From IMG/VR virus record IMGVR_UViG_3300036945_000811: 50,274 nt of DNA, one strand, 5' to 3'. Under the pieces are notes generated by a model. That model was not told the DNA's origin, did not search any database, and was given only the letters and a program-made list of their open reading frames with translations. Source of the stretch: a virus. Position numbers and translations under genes: made by a program. Of this stretch, positions 1 through 6,819 are shown in pieces (positions within the stretch are counted from its first letter, which is position 1; each line of letters begins with the position of its first letter).

Positions 1-127
1 TCGTTTAAATAAATTTGTCCTGTTTACGACGTTATCTTTAACCCCAACTACTGTTTTTTGTTCCTTAGTAAATTTGCAGTAGTTGGGTGATTTAGTGGGT
101 AAGATGTTGTTTTAAATACAGTTGAAG
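1..127. repeat. Terminal direct repeat, left copy (identical to 50148..50274)
   Basis: Bases 1-127 are identical to the last 127 bases of the window; unique unit is 50147 bp. Confidence 0.95.
43..87. repeat. Hairpin: 11-bp perfect inverted repeat CCCAACTACTG / CAGTAGTTGGG with a 23-nt loop, just downstream of the stop of minus-strand gene 112..567
   Basis: Read directly: arms at 43-53 and 77-87. No U-run follows, so terminator function is only a guess. Confidence 0.8.
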
Positions 128-567
128 GTTAAGTATGTAACTTGTTGTTCAAACTCATCTGTTCCCAATTGATCCACATCTCGAAAAGCCTTATTGAGTT
201 GCTGGAGATGTTCGATTGTGAGTTTGTCCCATCCTTTCCGTTCCTGTACAGCCTTAAATAAGCGTTCCCTGAGGGATTCTTCCCGAACAGGTGTAGAACT
301 CTCAATTGTGGGTAAAGTCTCAACCTGCAAGGGTTTTAGTGCCTTTTTATGGAAAAACGGCTGTTCCATTGCAGGTGCAATTGAATCAGTGAATTGTTCT
401 ATGATCGTTTGAACGTCTACACCCTTCTTATCTTCAGCAAAAGAGCACAAATTACGCAAGGTTTCAAGGTCATTCTGTCCGTTCCATTGCTTGAGTACCT
501 TTGTGATTCTCACATAGTCTGAGGCCGTTCTTGCCTCAAAAAGCCGAACATTGATGATTTTAGTCAT
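112..567 (-). CDS. Hypothetical protein (151 aa) whose start abuts the iteron array
   Basis: ORF track; only long ORF here on the strand shared with its neighbours. The ATG at 567 overlaps the first TAAGGCTACAG copy. No family recognised. Confidence 0.6.
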   Translation of the reverse strand: MTKIINVRLFEARTASDYVRITKVLKQWNGQNDLETLRNLCSFAEDKKGVDVQTIIEQFTDSIAPAMEQPFFHKKALKPLQVETLPTIESSTPVREESLRERLFKAVQERKGWDKLTIEHLQQLNKAFRDVDQLGTDEFEQQVTYLTFNCI

Positions 568-870
568 AAGGCTACAGTGTTTATTGATTCTGGAAATATA
601 AGGCCACGGACATAAGGTAATGCTTCAGCCTTAATTCTCCAAACTTTAAAATATCTGTAGTCTTAAGGCTATGGTGTTTAAGAATATCTGTAGCCTTATA
701 TCTACAGCCTTTAAAAATACCGTAGCCTTATATCTACAGATATTAATGAACATTCTGGCATTAAGCCTACAGTGTTATAAAATAACTTTAGACTTAAGGC
801 TATGGTTATATCTAAGATCACAGCATTAATTTTTTAGAATCAAGTGAACGCTCCCGCCTTAATGCCACAG
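567..870. repeat. Iteron array: at least 12 copies of an 11-mer (TAAGGCTACAG and variants) in both orientations
   Basis: Forward copies start at 567, 599, 664, 762, 795, 813, 860. Reverse copies (CTGTAGCCTTA-like) start at 624, 655, 688, 702, 720. The region is non-coding. Confidence 0.9.
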
Positions 871-899
871 AATCAACTTGTAAATTCAACGCTCCCGCC
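847..899. repeat. Two exact GC-rich 12-mers AACGCTCCCGCC spaced 41 bp apart
   Basis: Copies at 847-858 and 888-899 within AT-rich non-coding DNA. Confidence 0.9.
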
Positions 900-913
900 G
901 TCCCACACTAAAA

Positions 914-976
914 CAAATTCCTTCGATTGTAATAACCAATAACCAGTTTTATAGTTATTAAAACTAAAGGAATTTG
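914..976. repeat. Nested inverted repeats: CAAATTCCTT/AAGGAATTTG outer, TAATAAC/GTTATTA inner
   Basis: Outer arms 914-923 and 967-976; inner arms 930-936 and 954-960. On the minus strand the structure is followed by TTTTAG, so it may terminate transcription after gene 1017..1199. Confidence 0.6.
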
Positions 977-1016
977 CCTTTTACGTTTTCTTTTACGGAT
1001 TTCGTAGTTACGTTAT

Positions 1017-1199
1017 TCAGTTATTTGTGGGATAAGTTCTGATTTCAAAACTGTCCTTTGTTAATGTTTTATCCATGAAGTAACTTTTGGCAACGTATAC
1101 CGGAATAACTTCTTTGAGATGGTATTCTGCTCTTTCAAGACTGTCAAATATTCCATGTAAACTCAACTGCTTATCTTTTTCGTAAATTCCGTATTGCAT
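1017..1199 (-). CDS. Hypothetical protein (60 aa)
   Basis: ORF track; same strand as neighbours; no motif recognised. Confidence 0.45.
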   Translation of the reverse strand: MQYGIYEKDKQLSLHGIFDSLERAEYHLKEVIPVYVAKSYFMDKTLTKDSFEIRTYPTNN

Positions 1200-1258
1200 G
1201 TTATTTAATAGTTAAAAGTTTGTAATCATAAAAAGCTTTTACGTAATTATATTATTTG

Positions 1259-1510
1259 TTACCAATTTTCAATAGCTGTTTTAATTCTGTTATATAGATT
1301 TTCTGTAATTACACTTAATCCGCTATCAGAAATTCCATATTTTGTGCCATCCAATCCTATCGAAATTGATAAGATATTACCGAATACGGTATAGTGTTTT
1401 GCAAAATTACTCCTGTCGCAATCAGGCACTTTACATGTTTCTGTAATTTCAAAACTGTTATAAGTTAGTCCAGTTATCGGACTCTTATAAATTCCGTGGA
1501 ATATTCTCAT
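1259..1510 (-). CDS. Hypothetical protein (83 aa)
   Basis: ORF track; same strand as neighbours. Confidence 0.5.
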   Translation of the reverse strand: MRIFHGIYKSPITGLTYNSFEITETCKVPDCDRSNFAKHYTVFGNILSISIGLDGTKYGISDSGLSVITENLYNRIKTAIENW

Positions 1511-1594
1511 AGTAATAATATTTAAGTTGCTGAAATTAGAAACCCTGTCAATAGCGAATTGAGTAACGGCTAAACCGTTCAGGGTTTTACAGGG

Positions 1595-2110
1595 TTAATA
1601 CCTTATTCCGTTTTCTAAAAATTCATATTCGTTGGCTTCAATTGTTTCAATTATGCCTTCGCTGGATGTGAGATATTCATATTCTTTTGATAACAATATT
1701 CTATAGTCTTCTTCCAGTGACTTTTTAAACTCATTATCCAACTCCTCTATTTCTTCTTCTATTTGTTGAAATTCGTCGTTATCTTCTTCATACTGCCCCT
1801 GTTCTGTTACCAGTTTATCATACTCATCAAGATATTTCATCGCCGTTTTAAAGGTAGGACAATTTTTACCATGTTCAGATATTATATTTTCAGCAACTTC
1901 CCCGAAACTGTCTTTAAATTCCATATTGCAATAACTTCCCCTGTCAACGTCAAAACTTGTAATTTTACAACCTATGTTTTCAGCATCATCATATACACTT
2001 TCCCACCATTCATAATTAACATTGATGTCGTAAAGGTTTGCAATTGCTTTTTGTTTACTCTTTTCTGACAATTCAGAAAATGAGTAAGTATTAATTGTAT
2101 GGTTTGTCAT
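1595..2110 (-). CDS. Acidic hypothetical protein (171 aa) with an N-terminal YEWWESVYDD motif and a C-terminal ANEYEF-x-ENG motif
   Basis: ORF track; ordinary composition and an acidic coiled central part. The end motifs look to me like a family recurrent on plasmids and phages, recalled from memory only. Confidence 0.65.
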   Translation of the reverse strand: MTNHTINTYSFSELSEKSKQKAIANLYDINVNYEWWESVYDDAENIGCKITSFDVDRGSYCNMEFKDSFGEVAENIISEHGKNCPTFKTAMKYLDEYDKLVTEQGQYEEDNDEFQQIEEEIEELDNEFKKSLEEDYRILLSKEYEYLTSSEGIIETIEANEYEFLENGIRY

Positions 2111-2199
2111 AATAGTAAATTTAGATTGTTATTAAAACTCTTTGCGCCATCGCTGGAAGTGATCCAGATAAAACCTATAGCTTTCAATGGCTTTAGTGG

Positions 2200-2358
2200 C
2201 TATTGTATAAGGTGTAATAAATTCAATTCGGTTATACGTGTTATCCAAAACATGGCCATTTCATATTTTAATAATTCATCACAGTCACTTTTACACCAAG
2301 ATTTATATTCGCGGATAGCATATCTTTCAATATCATTTAATTCTGCCCATTGTTTCAT
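2200..2358 (-). CDS. Small hypothetical ORF (52 aa)
   Basis: Hand translation MKQWAELNDIERYAIREYKSW... Its ATG overlaps the upstream TAA by 1 nt. Below the ORF-track length cutoff. Confidence 0.35.
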   Translation of the reverse strand: MKQWAELNDIERYAIREYKSWCKSDCDELLKYEMAMFWITRITELNLLHLIQ

Positions 2359-2483
2359 TATTCACCATCCTTTAAGTTTACAATTGATAAATAGTTTTCT
2401 TCTGGTACTTCATAACATTCCAGATCATCGATTTCGGGAATGTCGATACCGTATACTGCAAGTTCGTACACTGTCATTGTCAT
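2358..2483 (-). CDS. Small hypothetical ORF (41 aa)
   Basis: Hand translation MTMTVYELAVYGIDIPEIDDLECYEVPEENY...; tandem with neighbouring small minus-strand ORFs. Confidence 0.3.
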   Translation of the reverse strand: MTMTVYELAVYGIDIPEIDDLECYEVPEENYLSIVNLKDGE

Positions 2484-2488
2484 TCTGT

Positions 2489-2614
2489 TTACTTGTTAAC
2501 AAAAATTACAATCCCTTGATGTATACTTACTATGTGCCAGTTATGAGCCTTTAACTTTTCAGCTTTGGCCATGCCGGTAACTGTGTTTACGTTGACTGTT
2601 TTGAAGCGTTGCAT
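2489..2614 (-). CDS. Small hypothetical ORF (41 aa)
   Basis: Hand translation MQRFKTVNVNTVTGMAKAEKLKAHNWHIVSIHQG...; follows 2628..2861 on the same strand. Confidence 0.3.
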   Translation of the reverse strand: MQRFKTVNVNTVTGMAKAEKLKAHNWHIVSIHQGIVIFVNK

Positions 2615-2627
2615 AGTGATTATTAGT

Positions 2628-2861
2628 TTAAGAGTGGATAAAATCGTTAATTACTTCAATCATATCATTTTCTTCAAACTCTATTCCGCAAATAAGACCA
2701 GCGTGATATAATTTTCTCATGAGCGTTACCGGTTTTATTGTGTCCAATTTGGAACCGTAAAACTCTCTAATAATATCAAATGTGCTATAAGGGAAAGCTT
2801 CTTCATTTTGAGCAAATACCCTTAATGCTTTATCTAATTCGTTTGGGATTATTTGTTTCAT
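2628..2861 (-). CDS. Hypothetical protein (77 aa), first gene of the leftward block running 2861->112
   Basis: ORF track; preceded by the divergent AT-rich control region. Confidence 0.6.
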   Translation of the reverse strand: MKQIIPNELDKALRVFAQNEEAFPYSTFDIIREFYGSKLDTIKPVTLMRKLYHAGLICGIEFEENDMIEVINDFIHS

Positions 2862-3041
2862 TACTGTAGTGTTTAAGTATTGTGTTTATTACCTGTTGTT
2901 ACTGGTGTTTCTTAATAGTACTATTTATTTAATTAAAAAACAAATTAATTCTATAATTTAATTCTATTAATCAGCTATTTATTTTAATTATTTATTTTAT
3001 TTATTTAGTATAGTTTGGTATGGTATTTGCTGTAATGTTTC

Positions 3042-3090
3042 TATATAGTTATATAGTTATATAGTATCGTTTCACGTGGAACACTATATA
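3042..3090. promoter_or_regulatory. Operator-like cluster: TATATAGT x3 tandem, the imperfect palindrome GTTTCACGTGGAAC, and one inverted TATATAGT
   Basis: Tandem copies at 3042-3049, 3050-3057, 3058-3065; palindrome at 3069-3082 (CACGTG core 3073-3078); ACTATATA at 3083-3090. Lies between divergent gene blocks. Confidence 0.5.
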
Positions 3091-3200
3091 ATATAGAGGC
3101 CGGTAGTACTCCCCACATTGAGCTGGAGTGCGTTGCGTCTCTCACCAAATACACGGGACGAAAATCCCAAAACCAAACCGTAAAAGAATGTGTAAATGAT

Positions 3201-3229
3201 TTGCAATTGTCATAACAAAACATTATATT
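3201..3229 (+). promoter_or_regulatory. Candidate sigma70-type promoter (TTGCAA - 17 nt - TATATT) for the rightward late block
   Basis: Hexamers at 3201-3206 and 3224-3229. The predicted start near 3236 lies upstream of the ATG at 3249 but downstream of the ORF-track start at 3230. Confidence 0.35.
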
Positions 3230-3248
3230 GTGTTAAACACTAAACACT

Positions 3249-3383
3249 ATGCTACTCCTATTCATAACAATCCTCATCCTCGGAGCAATCTTCGGTGGCA
3301 ACAGTTTCGGAGCTGTATTACGTACTGGTTGCGGATGGGTAATATTAATCATTTTATTAATACTATGTTATACATTCAATTAA
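3249..3383 (+). CDS. Small two-TM membrane protein (44 aa)
   Basis: Hand translation MLLLFITILILGAIFGGNSFGAVLRTGCGWVILIILLILCYTFN. More plausible than the N-terminal half of the overlapping 118-aa ORF 3230..3586. Confidence 0.35.
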   Translation: MLLLFITILILGAIFGGNSFGAVLRTGCGWVILIILLILCYTFN

Positions 3384-3394
3384 ACAACACTGAC

Positions 3395-3586
3395 ATGAAA
3401 AACGAAACACTGAAAGCCTCACCTGAGTTAACAACATATCCTACTATAACCACTATGGACGAACTCAAACAGCAGGTGGATGTACTGGTAGCGAGTGGAA
3501 GAGGTAGTTACTCTGTGGGTATAACACTGACTGTTGATGACAATTCTAAAACAATCTGTACTAATGAATTACCGACAATTGTATAA
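3395..3586 (+). CDS. Hypothetical protein (63 aa; internal Met of ORF 3230..3586)
   Basis: MKNETLKASPELTTYP...; the start was chosen because the upstream part of the ORF overlaps the TM ORF and the candidate promoter. Confidence 0.35.
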   Translation: MKNETLKASPELTTYPTITTMDELKQQVDVLVASGRGSYSVGITLTVDDNSKTICTNELPTIV

Positions 3587-3598
3587 CGGTAAAGTTAA

Positions 3599-3787
3599 AT
3601 GAATTACCAACGGTGTAAGAACTGCGAACACTTGTTTCCGTTAACGGAGCGGTGTATTGATAAAGGTAGAGATATCAAAGACATTCAAGATTGTTATAAG
3701 ATGCCGTCAAGAGCACCGTTGAGTCCTGAGCAGCCTGTAATTGTGGGTAAAACTTCTGTTAAGAAATTCAAAGCTGACGACAAATGA
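3599..3787 (+). CDS. Hypothetical Cys-containing protein (62 aa)
   Basis: ORF track; CKNCEH...C...C pattern. Confidence 0.45.
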   Translation: MNYQRCKNCEHLFPLTERCIDKGRDIKDIQDCYKMPSRAPLSPEQPVIVGKTSVKKFKADDK

Positions 3788-3960
3788 CTTGTGAGAATTA
3801 ATAAAATTGGCTATATTAAAGCTGTTTAATTAACCGATTCAATCACGTCACAAATGATTACTTCATTCGATCCTACAGACGGTCGTAAAAAGAAAGGTTG
3901 TTAACTTCTTACCATCTATGGCTTTATGGTTATAGGTGGTATTTTAATTTATAGTATCCG

Positions 3961-4080
3961 ATGAATGGCATACCCTTTCAAAACTTTTATCAAGACCTCG
4001 CTATCGCAATTGGTGTATCAGCCTCATTGTTTGGTAGCCTTGTCGTCTTGGTTTATCTAATCACACGGGTACAGAGATGA
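3961..4080 (+). CDS. Small single-TM protein (39 aa)
   Basis: Hand translation MNGIPFQNFYQDLAIAIGVSASLFGSLVVLVYLITRVQR; ATGA overlap with the next gene. Confidence 0.35.
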   Translation: MNGIPFQNFYQDLAIAIGVSASLFGSLVVLVYLITRVQR

Positions 4081-4487
4081 CAAGTTATGTCGATCGGGAG
4101 CTTCAGAAGTGCTACAATTTATTTGCACTTTGTTATGCGAAAGAGGCTCCTGTCCCTCCGGCTTGGATTGAATACCATGATGCCCTCATAAAATACCCGT
4201 TAGAGCTGCCATTGCGCCCTGTGAGCAAAGAATATCCTTGTAGATGGGTGGATGCATGGCGCGGCTGGATGCAGCTCTCCAAGATGGATTTGGCTTCGGG
4301 TGTGGCCCGGTACATTTCAACCTTACCCACAGATCAGCAGGTCTTGGCTCGTATTGAAATTGAAAGAAGTCGTTGGTGGTTTGAAACAAATTCGTATTTT
4401 GTAAGGCTCTGTGAGGAGTTTCGTTGGAAAGAGGACGAGATTGACTACTTCTTCAAAAAAGCTAAAGCCTTGACTAAAGATGTTTGA
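4077..4487 (+). CDS. Hypothetical protein (136 aa)
   Basis: ORF track; translationally coupled to its neighbours. Confidence 0.65.
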   Translation: MTSYVDRELQKCYNLFALCYAKEAPVPPAWIEYHDALIKYPLELPLRPVSKEYPCRWVDAWRGWMQLSKMDLASGVARYISTLPTDQQVLARIEIERSRWWFETNSYFVRLCEEFRWKEDEIDYFFKKAKALTKDV

Positions 4488-4965
4488 TATAGCAACCATT
4501 GATAAGAGTATAGTTTACTTGGCTTTATACGACAATAAAGACCCGTGGGACATCGGTGCTAAGATTATTAAAAAAGCTACCAGTTCGGACTATAGCCATT
4601 GTGAATTGATTGTTGGTAACTGGAGTTATTCAAGCTCTATTCCTGATAAAGGTGTGCGTCGCAAGTTGTGCAAGGACGTGTATAAATATCCAGATAACTG
4701 GACAGTGATACCTATTTTGTGGGTAAAGCCGGAGGCTGTTATTAGATTTTTCGATATTACGAGAGACCAACCTTATGGTTGGCTTGGTTTGATTGTTGGT
4801 CAAGTGTTCAATATTCGTATTGACATGCTTGGCTATTTTTGTTCAGAGTGGGTTATAGCAGCTCTCTTTTCAGGATTGCGAGTTGTTCTTAATGCTCAGC
4901 AATATAGTCCCGAAGATGTGAGAAGTTTTGTGTTGGCTATGAATAAAGTGTACGCTCTTAGATAA
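4480..4965 (+). CDS. Hypothetical protein (161 aa), possibly a papain-fold (NlpC/P60 or YiiX-like) peptidase
   Basis: ORF track; His motif SDYSHCELIV and Cys motif GYFCSEWV; sits directly upstream of the holin/endolysin genes. The family assignment is tentative. Confidence 0.6.
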   Translation: MFDIATIDKSIVYLALYDNKDPWDIGAKIIKKATSSDYSHCELIVGNWSYSSSIPDKGVRRKLCKDVYKYPDNWTVIPILWVKPEAVIRFFDITRDQPYGWLGLIVGQVFNIRIDMLGYFCSEWVIAALFSGLRVVLNAQQYSPEDVRSFVLAMNKVYALR

Positions 4966-5357
4966 TGCCGGAAAGGTTGATGTCTTTAGCACACCACCCT
5001 GTGATGGCTTTTATGGGAACCGGGTTAATTGCTGCTGTATCAACAGTAGTCGGTGTTGATAGTGTAACTACTTTTTTAGATACAGGTCATATTCCGTTCA
5101 CTGGCTTAATAACAGCGGTACTTGCCGGAATTGGTGCTATATTTGCAGGATTGTCTAAGTTTTTACCGGCAGTTGGTGATTTGTTTGTTAAATTAGCTCA
5201 GGCTAAAGTTTCGGAACGATGCGTTGATCCTGTTATTTTCTCAGAGATGCAGCAGGACTTGCATGAAATAAACATGCGGTATTTAAGGGAACGGTGTTTT
5301 AATTCAGATTGTCCGAAACGATTAAAAGTTAGAATGGAGGATATTCATGATAAATAA
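4965..5357 (+). CDS. Two-TM membrane protein (130 aa), candidate holin
   Basis: Hydrophobic segments VMAFMGTGLIAAVSTVVGV and FTGLITAVLAGIGAIFAGL; immediately precedes and overlaps the endolysin gene. Confidence 0.5.
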   Translation: MPERLMSLAHHPVMAFMGTGLIAAVSTVVGVDSVTTFLDTGHIPFTGLITAVLAGIGAIFAGLSKFLPAVGDLFVKLAQAKVSERCVDPVIFSEMQQDLHEINMRYLRERCFNSDCPKRLKVRMEDIHDK

Positions 5358-5937
5358 ACAATACTTTTTTGACCATGTTCGACTTCGTATATTTAATAAC
5401 AAGCTTAATGAAGGCCAAGTTGGAGGCTGTGAAGCAATTATTGATGCGTTTGAGGAAAGTGGTTTAACCGATACTCGTTGGTTGGCGTATATGTTGGCTA
5501 CAGCTCATCTTGAGACAGCCTACACCATGCAGCCGATTAAAGAGTATGGCGGTGCTGAGTATTTTGTAAAACGGTATTGGTTAAATAAAAAGATTGCGAA
5601 AAGCTTAGGCAATCTGTCTGCTGAGGATGCTGTAAATTTCTGTGGGCGAGGTTTTGTTCAGATTACTGGCAGAGACAACTATCAGAGATTTTCAGATTTG
5701 CTTGAGATTGATTTGATGAACCGGCCTTCCTTGGCGTTACAACTCGACGTTGCTGTAAACATTATGTTTGTGGGCATGACAAAAGGTCTATTCACTGGTA
5801 AAAAGTTGTCTGACTATTTTAATGACAAGCTTGACGATTGGATCAACGCTCGACGTATTATAAACGGTACTGACAAAAACGAGTTCGTTGCGGATAAAGG
5901 TCAGAAGTTTTTTGATGCTATAACTATTAAAATGTAA
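5347..5937 (+). CDS. Endolysin, glycoside hydrolase family 19 (chitinase-like) type
   Basis: Motifs ATAHLETAYTMQPIKEYG and CGRGFVQITGRDNY, typical of GH19 phage lysins; GGAGGA SD 6 nt upstream. Confidence 0.8.
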   Translation: MINKQYFFDHVRLRIFNNKLNEGQVGGCEAIIDAFEESGLTDTRWLAYMLATAHLETAYTMQPIKEYGGAEYFVKRYWLNKKIAKSLGNLSAEDAVNFCGRGFVQITGRDNYQRFSDLLEIDLMNRPSLALQLDVAVNIMFVGMTKGLFTGKKLSDYFNDKLDDWINARRIINGTDKNEFVADKGQKFFDAITIKM

Positions 5938-5938
5938 T

Positions 5939-6499
5939 ATGAAATTACTTAAAGATATACTCGGTATTGTTGGTAAAGTTGCTCCAACCATTGCGGGTGC
6001 AATTGGTGGGCCTTTTGCTGGAACCGCAGTGGGTGCTCTGTCTGACGCACTTTTTGGAAACACTACGGCTTCTGAGAAGGAAGTTGTGAGCGCACTCATT
6101 AATGCCACACCGGATCAGTTGGCCGCTATCAAAAAAGCCGATCAGGACTTTGCCTTAAAGATGAGGGAGCTTGATATTGATGTTACCAAAGCCTATATTG
6201 CTGATACCAGTGATGCTCGACACTCTTTTGGAGCGAATAGTAGAGTTTTCTGGCTTGGTATTTCGATTCTGATTATATTCTTGATCTGTATTGTGGGCAT
6301 ACTTTACGCTTGTTACAATATGATAACTGGTGATATTATAGTGAGGGATGCTGGTATATTAGCAACTGCTACTGGTCTGATTGGTTCGATTCTTGGTTAC
6401 GTATCAGCAAATGCCCAACAGGTGGTTGGTTATTATTTTGGTAGTTCTAAAGGTAGTTCGGATAAGTCTGACGCAATAGCAAAATCAATTACTAAATGA
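5939..6499 (+). CDS. Membrane protein (186 aa), holin-like; resembles the 3-TM gene-transfer-agent-type holins
   Basis: Gly-rich N-terminus, the DTSDARHSF motif, then hydrophobic segments VFWLGISILIIFLICIVGILYACYNMI and AGILATATGLIGSILGYV; adjacent to the endolysin. Confidence 0.5.
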   Translation: MKLLKDILGIVGKVAPTIAGAIGGPFAGTAVGALSDALFGNTTASEKEVVSALINATPDQLAAIKKADQDFALKMRELDIDVTKAYIADTSDARHSFGANSRVFWLGISILIIFLICIVGILYACYNMITGDIIVRDAGILATATGLIGSILGYVSANAQQVVGYYFGSSKGSSDKSDAIAKSITK

Positions 6500-6819
6500 G
6501 CACTTTCACTATAAAACGTGGTAACGACTACACTCAACCGTTTATCTTTCCTGAAGCAATAGACTTGAGTAATGTCACATCTGCTAAAATGTCGCTCAAA
6601 TCAATGTCAGGTTCAATTGATGCTAATTTTGATCTGACAAGTGGCTTGTCGATAGATACTGTAACAAATACGTTGACACTTATTGTGTCCGATACTATTT
6701 GCAAAACGCTGTCAGGTACTTATACTACGGATATTAAGTTGACGATAAGTGGTGAGATTCATAATTATCCAAGCGGTGATCCTATTACGATAACGATAGA
6801 AGATGTGGTGACTGAATAA
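6496..6819 (+). CDS. Hypothetical structural protein (107 aa)
   Basis: ORF track; ATGA coupling; Ser/Thr-rich, beta-type composition. Confidence 0.6.
   Translation: MSTFTIKRGNDYTQPFIFPEAIDLSNVTSAKMSLKSMSGSIDANFDLTSGLSIDTVTNTLTLIVSDTICKTLSGTYTTDIKLTISGEIHNYPSGDPITITIEDVVTE

Noticed and set aside
1-127. Reading the 127-bp end repeat as a biological direct terminal repeat
   Set aside because: This cannot be established from sequence alone. The length equals a common assembler k-mer, so a circularisation artefact is the simpler reading. It is kept as a finding to be checked with reads.
567-900. Possibility that the repeat array is a CRISPR array
   Set aside because: The repeats are only 11 bp, occur in both orientations, have irregular spacing with overlapping copies, and have no uniform spacers. 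There are no cas genes.
2099-2554. 151-aa plus-strand ORF from the ORF track
   Set aside because: It lies antisense to three tandem, tightly coupled small minus-strand ORFs. It is Leu/Ile/Phe/Ser-rich with low-complexity composition, as expected for the antisense frame of AT-rich coding DNA. Every neighbouring gene is on the minus strand.
3041-3223. 60-aa minus-strand ORF in the divergent control region
   Set aside because: It spans the TATATAGT repeat array and the palindrome. It has an implausible Trp/Phe/Cys-rich composition, no SD and no leader motif. The region reads better as regulatory DNA.
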